This document shows positions 46,678 to 57,241 of a DNA stretch of 64,000 nucleotides, one piece after another. Source of the DNA: an uncultured virus (IMG/VR IMGVR_UViG_3300020056_000009) (Duplodnaviria > Heunggongvirae > Uroviricota > Caudoviricetes); IMG/VR virus record IMGVR_UViG_3300020056_000009. One strand, given 5' to 3'. The translations under genes were made by a program, and so were the position numbers. Positions within the stretch are counted from its first letter, which is position 1; the number at the start of each line of letters is the position of its first letter. The notes beneath the pieces were generated by a model. It was given only the letters and a program-made list of their open reading frames with translations. It made no database searches and had not been told where the DNA came from.

Positions 46678-47466
46678 ATGGCCTATTTCATTCGTCGTTA
46701 TCAATCAGGCGTCAAAAATTCAGGCACACAAGATATTCTTACTTCCGAAGTAGAAATTCCAATTCCAACTTTTGTTATGTTGGCTGAATCTACGGGACCC
46801 GGTAAGTATTTACTTTGTGAGCGTGGACCCGGTATTCGTGGCTTCCGCAAAATTACAGATTGCGTTATCGAACCCCCGGTTATCGACACCGTATCTAATG
46901 ATTATTTAGAAGACGAAGAACTTTTGTTTGCTGCCGAAAACTCAGTTTCGGTCAAGCGTAATCTCAAACTCTCTGATATGAGTAATGAAGACCTCATGGA
47001 TTTAATGTCTTCTATGGAATCTGCCAGCATTAGTTCTGATGCTGAATTTTCCAAGTTCCGCAAAGATCTTGCGGCAGTTAATCGTGAAATGCGTCGTCGT
47101 ATGATGACGGCAGAACATTCTGCCGAAAACGCTTTCACCGGACCCTCTACTGCTAAAATGCCTGTGGCTTCGGCCATGTTTGGTATTAGTCCTATGACCG
47201 CAGGGGCCATTGGAGCCTTAGTGGGTGGACTCGGTGGAGTATTGGCTACGGCATTTTACTATCGTAGCAAAATTGATAATTTGGGTGCTGAAATGGAATC
47301 GGTCAAGAAAATGCTTTCTGAAGCCGAAGTTGCTATTAAGCGAGCCGAAAGTAACGCTGAAAAAGCAGCCCAAACAGCACAAAAGGTTTCGGAGTTCGAT
47401 CAAAATAAGTTTTTTGACATGAACCTGCTTTCCAATTATCAAACTCGAACTCGCCCCGGTTTCTGA
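46678..47466 (+). CDS. membrane-anchored coiled-coil protein
   Basis: TATAAATAG upstream; FAAE/HSAE/LGAE; TM AIGALVGGLGGVLATAFY. Confidence 0.8.
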   Translation: MAYFIRRYQSGVKNSGTQDILTSEVEIPIPTFVMLAESTGPGKYLLCERGPGIRGFRKITDCVIEPPVIDTVSNDYLEDEELLFAAENSVSVKRNLKLSDMSNEDLMDLMSSMESASISSDAEFSKFRKDLAAVNREMRRRMMTAEHSAENAFTGPSTAKMPVASAMFGISPMTAGAIGALVGGLGGVLATAFYYRSKIDNLGAEMESVKKMLSEAEVAIKRAESNAEKAAQTAQKVSEFDQNKFFDMNLLSNYQTRTRPGF

Positions 47467-47477
47467 GGTGATCCGTA

Positions 47478-47969
47478 ATGGATATGGAAAAAATGGCATC
47501 AATGTTGGACTCGTATAGAAAGTTGTTAGAAAAAGAGCGTGATGTAGTTATTAGAGAACAATTTGGACAATTTATGGACCAAATCGGTATTTCTGATCCT
47601 ACGGTTATTGATAATTATTACGAATCTTTTCAATCTATGCTTTCTGAAATCGATCATGATGAAGTATCTCTTCATGAAAAACTAAAAGGCTGTATCGAAT
47701 CTGATTTCTTTCATCAAGTTTTAACTGCTAAAACCAGCAACCGAGAACGAGAACTTCGTAAAATCACTTCACTTCTATCGGAGTTTATCCAAAAATCTGC
47801 AGATAATTCTACTTCTGACGAACAATTCTTGCAATCAATTTTAGCCGAAACTCTTCGCACCGCTGCCGATGCATTAGAAACTAACCGAGATTCAGAACAA
47901 TCGGTTAATGAGGCTTGGGTTGATGCTTTACGATTAGGATATGATATCTTTATTGGCCGAAAGTTATAA
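47478..47969 (+). CDS. hypothetical helical protein
   Basis: GAGGTGA SD. Confidence 0.8.
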   Translation: MDMEKMASMLDSYRKLLEKERDVVIREQFGQFMDQIGISDPTVIDNYYESFQSMLSEIDHDEVSLHEKLKGCIESDFFHQVLTAKTSNRERELRKITSLLSEFIQKSADNSTSDEQFLQSILAETLRTAADALETNRDSEQSVNEAWVDALRLGYDIFIGRKL

Positions 47970-47994
47970 ATATGATTGTGACTAAGGGATAATT

Positions 47995-49050
47995 ATGTCT
48001 GATTTCGACAATCTTATTCGTTCCGATGATTTCGATGAGGTCGAAAGACTTTTAGCCAAGGAACGAGCCGAAAAGAAAACTTCTAAAACCGAAAAGAAAA
48101 AGTCCCTCATGGAAATGGTTGCCGGTTCTAACGATGCTGCTGCTTTGGCTCGTCGTCTTAATGTAGATCCCGATATGTCGGAAAAGGTTTTAGTGCCTCT
48201 CTTAAATTTCCTTGATAAATATGGTGTTGGTGGGGCAGTAGCCGAATCATCTACGGCTCAAGCCGCCACAGGACTCTTTGAATTTTTGGGAGATATTACG
48301 CCTGTAATCAAACAAAGTATGGATTATTTTGCAGGACGACAAAATGAACTTAGCCAACAAGACCTTGATTTCCTAAATCAAATTAAGGATGCCCAAACCG
48401 GAGATATGGATGGTTTATTTATTGGAGAAACTATGGAAGAAACTCCTGCCGAACCTACACCACCTCCGGCACCCAAAGAACAACCGGGACAAATCCCCTT
48501 AGATGTAGACCCCTTCCGAGATGGTGTCGATTGGACTAAGGTAGTGGGAGAACAACCAAAACAAACCGTTATTCCTGAAGCCGAGCCTAATGAAGCCTAT
48601 ATTCAAAATTTGGAAAGATTGGCGGCTGCTTCGGGAATGAGTATGGACGATGTTAAGCGTTCTGATCGACAAGCCAAGACTAATAACTTTGGACGAGTAG
48701 AAAAAGAAATTGATTATTCTGATGCTTTCAATATTGATTTAGGATTAGAAAAGATTAATGCCGCTATGAATCAAGAAAAGAACAAATTGCAATCCTCTTC
48801 TAAAATCCAATTTGATGAGTCCGTTCCTGTTCCCGATTCGGCTACGGCTTTTGACCCTCTCGAAACTCCTAATTACACCACCCCATCATTTACCGGAACT
48901 TTACAATCCGTAGACCAATTAGCAGAAAATGCTGGAGTAGACCTTGACGCTCCGTGGGTTGAAGAAGATTATGACCCTGCTGATGATGATATTGGCTATG
49001 ATTTACCCACCATAGAACCTGATGAGGAGGTTTTAGGGGATGACGACTGA
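47995..49050 (+). CDS. hypothetical acidic protein
   Basis: TATAAATA 30 nt upstream; 351 aa. Confidence 0.85.
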   Translation: MSDFDNLIRSDDFDEVERLLAKERAEKKTSKTEKKKSLMEMVAGSNDAAALARRLNVDPDMSEKVLVPLLNFLDKYGVGGAVAESSTAQAATGLFEFLGDITPVIKQSMDYFAGRQNELSQQDLDFLNQIKDAQTGDMDGLFIGETMEETPAEPTPPPAPKEQPGQIPLDVDPFRDGVDWTKVVGEQPKQTVIPEAEPNEAYIQNLERLAAASGMSMDDVKRSDRQAKTNNFGRVEKEIDYSDAFNIDLGLEKINAAMNQEKNKLQSSSKIQFDESVPVPDSATAFDPLETPNYTTPSFTGTLQSVDQLAENAGVDLDAPWVEEDYDPADDDIGYDLPTIEPDEEVLGDDD

Positions 49051-49456
49051 TATTAATCCGGTTTGGAGTCGTTTTTGTGCTATCCAATTAGAAACTTGGT
49101 TGGAATGGCTTCGTAATATCCATTTGCGATCTTATTTTGATTTGGGTGACCGTTTTATTATGCTTAATCCTTATTATTATCCCTCCGCAGAAGACCAAGA
49201 AGCCTTGCCTATTTTTAATCGTTTAATGATTAACGAAGATTTTATTGGCTCATTATCTGATAAAGGAATCTCGGTTTGGGCTAATTCTGGTTTCCAAGAT
49301 TTTGTCGAGGCTTTGCGACCCTATGGCAATCGTTATCCCGAAATTGCCCAAATTATTACTTATTTTGAAACTCACTTGCAATGGTTCCGACGAGTGTATC
49401 AATTCCTTCGTGCAGAAATGATTATGCAATTACGAGAAGAAGGTCGTTCAATTTGA
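49040..49456 (+). CDS. hypothetical protein
   Basis: overlaps the upstream stop; GAGGAGG SD. Confidence 0.75.
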   Translation: MTTDINPVWSRFCAIQLETWLEWLRNIHLRSYFDLGDRFIMLNPYYYPSAEDQEALPIFNRLMINEDFIGSLSDKGISVWANSGFQDFVEALRPYGNRYPEIAQIITYFETHLQWFRRVYQFLRAEMIMQLREEGRSI

Positions 49457-49494
49457 TGCGAAGTTTTATATAGTTGGCGTAATCAATATAGAAT

Positions 49495-51639
49495 ATGCCT
49501 ACGCTGACGATTGACCAATGTATGACCATCATGGGTTATCTCAATATGGAGGCGTTTTCCAAGAAAACTCTTACTGCTATTGATGATGATGTTGTTGCCT
49601 TTTTAAACAATAATGGATATACTATTCCTGTTTGGGGTTCAGGTCGTGGAGCCAATAACCCGGTTATCGGTGGAGGATCTCAATATTCTGCCATGCTTTC
49701 TGATAAAAAGTTTTGGAATGATGCCAATATTCAAGCCTATTTAGGATTTACGGGACAAGGCGAGGCCGACGATTATACTCGAAATGTTTCTGCCCCACCT
49801 GCCACTAATACCGGAACTTCTTCCGGTGCAAAATTGAATTCTGCTGGAGATAAACTTCCTTCTCGAAATCTTGGACCTGAATATTTTGACCACAATGGCA
49901 TGATGGCAAAAAACATTTTGTCTATCGCTTCCACAGGTATGCCTGATACTACATGGATTGCCTCCGCTAAAAAGGTAGCCGCTGGTGCTAACTATCTTTC
50001 AGAATTTCCGGCCCAATTAGGTGACACCTATGTTCTTGGAAATGCTTTGTTACATCCACAATTAGCGTCTACAACGCCTACAACGCCTACGGCGACGCCA
50101 ACTCCTGCCCCTACGACACCTATGGTGTCAGATGATGAAGAAACGACTACTGAACCTGCGGTGTCAGAAGAAACCGTAGAAGAAGTTGTTACTCCACCTG
50201 CTGCTAACAATAACTTTGGAACCCAACCTGATAAAGAACTTGTAGTTAGCATTTCTAATTCAGGACGGGCCCTCAATGATGCTACTTTCGCTTCTCGTGA
50301 AACCAACAACAATGGATTTTATCCTTATCCCGGAACTTTGATTGTTCCTCTTCTTGCTGACACGCAAAATGCTCTCTTACAGCCCCCGGCAACTGCTAAA
50401 GCCGCCCCTGTTTTAGATCTTTTTGCTGACAATGTAGATACATCTTCTGTCGCTCCGGCATCAACTCCCCGAGCACAATTAGTTTTTAATGGCGATATTG
50501 TTCTTAACACCCCCCATGGCAGTTATAAATTAACTTCTTACGATGAACTCCAAGTTCGTTGGGTTCGTGGAAAAGAAGAAGTCTCCGGATTACTTGCGAA
50601 AAAGGGAGGCACAGAAATTTTCCGAATTGATTCTTTGTCGATTCAACCTTTTACATTCTCTGATGTTTTCAATTATATTGATGGCATTTCTACTCCAGGA
50701 CCTTGGGTAGCCCCCGATGTTCTTGCTAACGCTTCCGAAGTATCACTTCCATTTATTTATGCAGGACCTCAACGAGATTCCGATTATGGAATTACTACCG
50801 TTAGTAGTAGCAAAGATGATTACAACGAAGCCCTTAATGAACTTCGTGATAATGGCGTAATCTTTGGATACTATGGCGTTACTACTCAACCTATTCAAGC
50901 CAGCCTTTCGGTTTATGAAGGTGGAATCGCAGATAGTGATGGCACTTTGCGTGATGAAAATTATTGGTTATCTCGTGTGGCTGGAGAAACCTCTGACGAT
51001 CTCGATGTTTCTACTTCCTACTTGGCAGTTAATCTTTTGATGTCGGGCGATACGGGACAAAACTCCGATCTCTTTGTTGGTTCCGGAGAAATGCGTCAAG
51101 AAACTTTAATTTTCCCAGGCGATGAGCAAGATTTGGATTTGTTGCTAACACCCTTTATTGATGATAAAACTGTTATTGGAGAATTAGAAATTGATTCCGA
51201 AGGTCTTCGACAACTAATGCTCAAAGATATTATGACTTCCACCCCACAAACTGAAGTAGATGATGATGGTAATCCTACGGGAGAAACCACCGTTACGGAT
51301 GCTACTTTAGTCTTTGAAAACCTAACGACCTCCGAAGAAGTCAAGATTTCTATTCCCAATCCTGATGACGAATTCGCTGCAAAAGACCTTTTGGGTAATT
51401 TAATTCGAGGCACCGTCGAATCTATTGAACTCCGTTCTGGTGATGCTGCTGCTGCTCACGAAAAGCAAAAAATCCTCCGACGCCAAGAGCGTATGGGTTC
51501 TAATTGGAATATTCGTAACAGTAGCAAGACTGATCAAAATGCTACCAGCACCGTTGCCTTTGAAAAGGGCCGAAAATACTATATAGTAGGGCGACACGAT
51601 GGTAAACCAATCCTATTGGAATTGGAATTGGAGTTCTGA
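49495..51639 (+). CDS. 714-aa hypothetical protein with Pro/Thr linker
   Basis: long ORF; first gene of the MoxR block. Confidence 0.85.
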   Translation: MPTLTIDQCMTIMGYLNMEAFSKKTLTAIDDDVVAFLNNNGYTIPVWGSGRGANNPVIGGGSQYSAMLSDKKFWNDANIQAYLGFTGQGEADDYTRNVSAPPATNTGTSSGAKLNSAGDKLPSRNLGPEYFDHNGMMAKNILSIASTGMPDTTWIASAKKVAAGANYLSEFPAQLGDTYVLGNALLHPQLASTTPTTPTATPTPAPTTPMVSDDEETTTEPAVSEETVEEVVTPPAANNNFGTQPDKELVVSISNSGRALNDATFASRETNNNGFYPYPGTLIVPLLADTQNALLQPPATAKAAPVLDLFADNVDTSSVAPASTPRAQLVFNGDIVLNTPHGSYKLTSYDELQVRWVRGKEEVSGLLAKKGGTEIFRIDSLSIQPFTFSDVFNYIDGISTPGPWVAPDVLANASEVSLPFIYAGPQRDSDYGITTVSSSKDDYNEALNELRDNGVIFGYYGVTTQPIQASLSVYEGGIADSDGTLRDENYWLSRVAGETSDDLDVSTSYLAVNLLMSGDTGQNSDLFVGSGEMRQETLIFPGDEQDLDLLLTPFIDDKTVIGELEIDSEGLRQLMLKDIMTSTPQTEVDDDGNPTGETTVTDATLVFENLTTSEEVKISIPNPDDEFAAKDLLGNLIRGTVESIELRSGDAAAAHEKQKILRRQERMGSNWNIRNSSKTDQNATSTVAFEKGRKYYIVGRHDGKPILLELELEF

Positions 51640-51648
51640 GGTGATATT

Positions 51649-54600
51649 ATGGATGATGACGAAATCAATGACGAAATCGACGAGTTAGGAGACCTTTTTA
51701 GCGATCTTCCTGAAGATACCGAAGAAATTAACACCGATGTTGATGAGGTTCCTACGGAAGCCCCACAAGATGACTCTTCTGAAGAAGAAACTATGGATGA
51801 TATCGTAGAAACTACCATTCCCGAAGAAGAAGGAACTAACATTCCTTTCCATCCTGATGTAATGCAAGAATTGTCTAATTTCGTTGGCACCGAAGAACTT
51901 GATGCTATTGCCAAGTTTATTATGCCCGAATATGACGAAGAAGGCGAAATTATTTCCCCACTTGTTACTTCACCACAAGCCCCGGATTCTATTAAGTTTG
52001 TTCGTTCCATTTTGGGTGGTAATACTGCCGACCTTCTCAACAAGGTAGCCGACCTTCGAGGAACCACTCTCAATGAGATGGTCAAAGTAGTAGAACTACC
52101 TGAAGATCTTAACCGTATCGATATTCTTAACGATGGTCTTGGCGGTGCCCGATTTATTCAAATGTTCGATGCTCAAGGTAATGATATTACCAGCGTTCTA
52201 AATTTGGATTTGGATGATATTGGACAACTTAAAGTAGACAAGGTTTTCCGTGGCTCCACTATGACCGCTTTAGATAATGGTGAAGGTCAATGGTCTCCCG
52301 ACAGCATGGGCAAGGCCGTATCTCCACCTTTCCAAGAGTATTACAATTTGATTTCACAACGAGAAACTCGTAAGCAACGAGTTGATACTCTCCAATGGCT
52401 CCGTAAACTTATTAACCGTCTTAACTCCGTTTTCGGTTTCGACGATTACCGACAATTAGAAGCATTTATGGCCGCATGGCTAATGAAGAACGCTACTTGC
52501 CGATTGTCAGGTATTCCAGGAACAGGAAAGACTACGGTTATTAACTGTGCTGCTACCCTTATGGGTAACTCCTATGGATTCCATATCAACAAAACCTATT
52601 TGGCTACCGATTCTACGATGGAAAAATATCCTCTCGATTATACCGGTAACCACACCCTCCCTGATTTCACGATGATTTATGCCGATAACTCTATGGTTTC
52701 CAATGCTCACATGGTTGATGTTGCTCCTTCAGGACAACAATACAATGTTTTGTATAACGACCAACGCAACGAATCCATTTATCGTAATTGGAATGGATGG
52801 CGTTTCCGAGATTGGCAACCTACGGCTCCCGGAACGGTGCGACTATCAGGATCTTATTCCTTTGATTTCAATTTCCTTCGACGCTACGAACCAGCCTATG
52901 AAAAATTAGGTCTTCCTGCTATCGATGGTGACCGATTGTCCAAAGCCCCCATGACCCCTGAAAAGTTCCACAAGGTTCTAAACAACTGTTGGGAAGTTGA
53001 AGTTGCTCAAGATTTCGATCTTAAAGCACACCTCAAGGGACAATCAATGTCCCATTGGGACCCCAACTCTGAAGGCTTCAAAGAGGCTAAAAAGGCTGGT
53101 AAAACTCGTATGATGGTTAAGCCAATTCAATATTTCGGTAGAGATGGTTCAGTATCTTTCTTTAATAACAATACTGGACCCACTTACGGACCCTACCAAA
53201 TGCGATTGCGATTCCCTGAAATTGATTCCGCTGTTATGGAAGATGGCTTTAAGCATATTACTGATTTGGCTACCTATATCGGTGCTACGGGACAACAAGG
53301 ATTGTTCTCCGATACGGGTCGTAACGAAGGTTATTGGCTCCGACATCTAATGTGCCATTGGTTTGTTGATGACCGCACTAACTCCGATCGCGGTTTGTTC
53401 GATATCAGCGTAGAAATGCTCCGAGAAATCGGTGTGGCAAAGATTGACTTCGACAAGCGACCTGATGAAGTTCTTTATGGTCTTGAAATCCGTGCTGTTG
53501 AAGCCGTAAACCAAGCCGGAGAAACAGTCAGCACCTATGAGTTCGAACCTGTGCCTCGTGAAATTGTAACGCAACCGGTTAAGTTCTTCAACGAAGCCAA
53601 CCGTTCTCAATCTGGTGTTGAAGACGCCGTTCTTGGTCTAATTGCTGAAAAGTTAGTCGAATATCGTGGTAAAACTTTCAAGTCTCCCGATTTCGTAGCA
53701 TGGATGGACACCAACCCTCACCAAAAGGGTAACGACTTGGCATTTACTGACCGTATCGATATGGAACTACTCTTTAAGTCAGTTTCTCTCGGTGGCCGAT
53801 ATGACCAATTGTCCAACAAATTCGGTGGGGCCGGTGGAAAAGAACCTCAACTAATCTTGGTAGATTATCTTACTAAGGATGGTAATGACCCCAATTCTTT
53901 CCGTCCTATGCGTATCGTTAATCTGTTCAGTCTATGGAAGACTGTCGGCAAAGATATGAAGTTTACATCCCCCGGTTCAACCTTTGATGGTCTGCGTGAT
54001 ATTTCAGTTATCTCGGTTCTGTTTTCCCAAATTTTCGCCAAGCGACCCTCTTCGATCACTTTTGGTGATAACGCCTACAACTACACTTTCGCTGAAGATG
54101 ATAATCTCAATCTTTACGAATCACCTCTTTTGGATTATTCTACCACTACCAACACCAACACTTCTGATAAGGGAACCACTTCTCCTGTGCTAACTGATGA
54201 TGCCAACCTAATTTTCGGTAGCATGGATGCTGGACAAGGACAACTACCAATTGTCTTTACTCGTGTTCTTGGTTTCCGTTTCACCAACTCTTTGGTAAAA
54301 CTATCTCAAGCCTTCGCATTCTTGCGAGGCAAAGATTTCGTTTCTCGCCAAGAAATTTTGGATGCTGTGCCTTATGTAATTGCACACCGTATGGGTCGTG
54401 CTAAGGCGGGTGCTAAAGACATGGAAGGAAACAACAAGGGTCTTGATGGAAACCGTTTGGGATATGTCAATGAACAAGAATTCATTCGAGAATTCATCGT
54501 TAAGGGCTATCTTGAAGGTAAAATCGGTGATGTTTCACCCTTTAACGAAGACAATAACAACCTCTTGGACAATGTAGATTATTTCTACAATCATTGTCGC

Positions 54601-55947
54601 ACCATGATGGATTCTGTGCCAAATGTTTGGGAATATGAATCTTTGGTAATGGAACCCATTTACCGCAATATCTTGGAAGGCGATGTTGATGATATCACTC
54701 CAATTCACTGGCACATTGCTACCATGGTTGTCGAAGAAGAACGCAAGGGTCGTGGACGAACCGTTATGCGAGATTATTCCAAGTCATTTGCAGGTCCTCG
54801 TGGCACCCCACTAATTACCAAGGCCCCTACCAATTATCATGAAATGTATAGTAATTACGAATTCATGATTTTGAATCCCTCTCCTAACGGAGAACCATCA
54901 GCATGGGACTACTACCGTCTGCGTGGTTTGGTATCTCGTGAACCCAACTTGTTTACTCATGACCGTGAACGATTGCTAACCATGATTTCTGGTGAAATGC
55001 GATCTACTGTTGGTGCTGAAGGTCTTCAACTTCGCAACGATATTGGTAGTGTATCAGTTATTCCCTTCCCACAAGCCGTATCATCTGGTCGAATGCGATA
55101 CTATCCTGAAGGAGATGAATCTCCGTGGCCCCGTCCCGACCAAATTTATTGGCCTGTTTATGATGACGCTCAAGGAGCATGGGGAACTCTTATTGGTTTT
55201 GGTGCTGCCGAAACCTATGATAACACTCAAGTTGCCACACCATTGTCAGTTCAAAATGATTTCTCCTTAGCGGCGGCTAACCAATCCCTCCGAGTTTCAG
55301 GACGATATCTCCAATCAGGCGGTGTCACTTCCCTCTCTAAATACGATGTGGCCTCTACCCTCAAGAAGTTTTACGATAACTTTACGCCTTATGTCGGTGC
55401 AGGTTGGGACATGGAAGATACCTTCCCTAACGCTGATGTCAAAAACTCCAATGCTGGAAAGGCTATTACCTTTGAATCATGGATTAAAAAGGCTCAAGAG
55501 TTCTTGAAGCGTAAAATCCGAGATCCTGTGGGCGATGCTTACAATGATATCTATGCTTGTTTTGAATTGGACCACGCTCCAATTTCTGTTCCACAGGCTG
55601 CCCTACGAGGAATCACGGGAGATGACAAACTTCGCTTGTGGCTCCGACTCAGTTATGTTGGTTCCAACATTACCGAAACGGGTGCTGATTTGGTAGATAT
55701 TCTCTTTACCGTCGGTATTTCTTCGGCTTTGGCAACTACCAGCAAGAACAATCTTGGTTTGTTGGCTCAAGGTGCTGACTTTACCATTGTTCCTGTCACG
55801 GAAGATAAGCAATACACGCAACGCTATTATAGCAACGGTGCATCACAACCAGGATACAAAACCAACACGGCTTTGGTAGACTCAGGTAACATGATGTCTT
55901 CCGATCGCAACTATTATAACAACCTCTTTGCAGAATCTTTGCAATGA
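51649..55947 (+). CDS. giant MoxR-like AAA+ ATPase with large insertions
   Basis: Walker A SGIPGTGKT, Walker B-like FFNEANR, sensor-1 MDTNP, AFTDRID, lid AFAFLRGKDFV..VIAHR. Confidence 0.85.
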   Translation: MDDDEINDEIDELGDLFSDLPEDTEEINTDVDEVPTEAPQDDSSEEETMDDIVETTIPEEEGTNIPFHPDVMQELSNFVGTEELDAIAKFIMPEYDEEGEIISPLVTSPQAPDSIKFVRSILGGNTADLLNKVADLRGTTLNEMVKVVELPEDLNRIDILNDGLGGARFIQMFDAQGNDITSVLNLDLDDIGQLKVDKVFRGSTMTALDNGEGQWSPDSMGKAVSPPFQEYYNLISQRETRKQRVDTLQWLRKLINRLNSVFGFDDYRQLEAFMAAWLMKNATCRLSGIPGTGKTTVINCAATLMGNSYGFHINKTYLATDSTMEKYPLDYTGNHTLPDFTMIYADNSMVSNAHMVDVAPSGQQYNVLYNDQRNESIYRNWNGWRFRDWQPTAPGTVRLSGSYSFDFNFLRRYEPAYEKLGLPAIDGDRLSKAPMTPEKFHKVLNNCWEVEVAQDFDLKAHLKGQSMSHWDPNSEGFKEAKKAGKTRMMVKPIQYFGRDGSVSFFNNNTGPTYGPYQMRLRFPEIDSAVMEDGFKHITDLATYIGATGQQGLFSDTGRNEGYWLRHLMCHWFVDDRTNSDRGLFDISVEMLREIGVAKIDFDKRPDEVLYGLEIRAVEAVNQAGETVSTYEFEPVPREIVTQPVKFFNEANRSQSGVEDAVLGLIAEKLVEYRGKTFKSPDFVAWMDTNPHQKGNDLAFTDRIDMELLFKSVSLGGRYDQLSNKFGGAGGKEPQLILVDYLTKDGNDPNSFRPMRIVNLFSLWKTVGKDMKFTSPGSTFDGLRDISVISVLFSQIFAKRPSSITFGDNAYNYTFAEDDNLNLYESPLLDYSTTTNTNTSDKGTTSPVLTDDANLIFGSMDAGQGQLPIVFTRVLGFRFTNSLVKLSQAFAFLRGKDFVSRQEILDAVPYVIAHRMGRAKAGAKDMEGNNKGLDGNRLGYVNEQEFIREFIVKGYLEGKIGDVSPFNEDNNNLLDNVDYFYNHCRTMMDSVPNVWEYESLVMEPIYRNILEGDVDDITPIHWHIATMVVEEERKGRGRTVMRDYSKSFAGPRGTPLITKAPTNYHEMYSNYEFMILNPSPNGEPSAWDYYRLRGLVSREPNLFTHDRERLLTMISGEMRSTVGAEGLQLRNDIGSVSVIPFPQAVSSGRMRYYPEGDESPWPRPDQIYWPVYDDAQGAWGTLIGFGAAETYDNTQVATPLSVQNDFSLAAANQSLRVSGRYLQSGGVTSLSKYDVASTLKKFYDNFTPYVGAGWDMEDTFPNADVKNSNAGKAITFESWIKKAQEFLKRKIRDPVGDAYNDIYACFELDHAPISVPQAALRGITGDDKLRLWLRLSYVGSNITETGADLVDILFTVGISSALATTSKNNLGLLAQGADFTIVPVTEDKQYTQRYYSNGASQPGYKTNTALVDSGNMMSSDRNYYNNLFAESLQ

Positions 55948-55986
55948 CCCAAAAGTTAATATAGTTGATGACCTTAAGATAGTCAT

Positions 55987-57237
55987 ATGGCTAAGTTGCC
56001 CTCGACTTCGGTTCGTGCGTCAGCCCACTTGCCAGCCAATTTTATTGATACCTATAAAGTATTCAAGAAAATGACGGGTATTCCTTCCGATACTCAAATG
56101 GTTTTGTCTACCTCGCTTCACAATGCTTATACCAATTCTAAGCAAGTTTGTTTTGGACCGGAATGGGTAGACTCATCAATTCCTGCCAATTTTCATGGTT
56201 TCGATAATCTTGATGAAGTTATTGCCATGAATCAATTCGTTATTGCCCACGAAGTTGGACATCTTTCGGTTCAACCCGGGTGGGAAGTATCTTGGGGAAA
56301 AGACATTGGTGAATGGCCTATCGACCACGCTCGCCAACCCCGATGGAGCAATGTTTTCTCGGATGTCTTGGTAAACACCCACATTATGCAGGCTCGTGAT
56401 TGGTCACGCACCGGTTCAGATCCCGAAACTCAAAAGATTCTTGATTTGATGCCGTGGTCACAACGATGGCACTTAAAATCTCGCATTTGCGAAAATACTC
56501 TTAAACACGATATGCTTCGAGCCGCTGGCACTCTCCCTGATAACCGATATCAAGCCCCCGGTTTAGTTCGTGGTGCTTACGATCCTTCTGACCCTGATGA
56601 CCAATTTACTCCTGATGAAGCCTTGACTCCTCTTTATCAAGTTAAAACCGGACACGGAAGAGGATTCCAAGTTTACCCACCCCTTTCTCATTGTGTTTCC
56701 AAACCAGACAAATGGCGACAAGTAGTTGTTAAAACTGATTATAATTTAGTCCAATGTAGCCAATGTGAAGAGATTTTCCCCGATAAACTCCAAATTCGTG
56801 GTCGTTGTCCTCGATGTAACAAAAGTTGTTCCGCTTACAAAACTATTTCTGCTGGAACTTATACCGTTACCAAAACTAAAGATTTAAATCAAGAAGTTAA
56901 TCCTACCAATCCTACTTTTCCCCATTATTATGAAATTAATAATTCTTGGATTCCCTTTTATATTTGTCAAGAACTTTGTCCTGATTGTGGAGAAGCCGCT
57001 TCTTGCGATCTTACCGAAGGTTTTTCTACGGTAATCAACGACCCTGCAGCATCGGCTTGTTCCGAACAATCTACCCTTTGGCGAGTATTAGTTATGCAAG
57101 AATATGCTGGATTCCGTGCTCTCCAAGATGGTTTTAGAGGAAAAACAGGCATAGAAGCCGGATTAGCCTTTTTAGAGGCCATCGGTATTATTGCGGATTT
57201 TGCAGAAATGAAGTGTCAAGACTTCCCGGCGAGGTGA
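55987..57237 (+). CDS. HExxH metallopeptidase-like protein (DUF2201-N-like) with Zn ribbons
   Basis: IAHEVGH..NVFSDVLVN; CSQC, CPRC, CPDC. Confidence 0.7.
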   Translation: MAKLPSTSVRASAHLPANFIDTYKVFKKMTGIPSDTQMVLSTSLHNAYTNSKQVCFGPEWVDSSIPANFHGFDNLDEVIAMNQFVIAHEVGHLSVQPGWEVSWGKDIGEWPIDHARQPRWSNVFSDVLVNTHIMQARDWSRTGSDPETQKILDLMPWSQRWHLKSRICENTLKHDMLRAAGTLPDNRYQAPGLVRGAYDPSDPDDQFTPDEALTPLYQVKTGHGRGFQVYPPLSHCVSKPDKWRQVVVKTDYNLVQCSQCEEIFPDKLQIRGRCPRCNKSCSAYKTISAGTYTVTKTKDLNQEVNPTNPTFPHYYEINNSWIPFYICQELCPDCGEAASCDLTEGFSTVINDPAASACSEQSTLWRVLVMQEYAGFRALQDGFRGKTGIEAGLAFLEAIGIIADFAEMKCQDFPAR

Positions 57238-57241
57238 TATT

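Noticed and set aside
52530..53450. Intein in the AAA+ ATPase
   Set aside because: No HN-[CST] C-terminal junction or LAGLIDADG blocks seen
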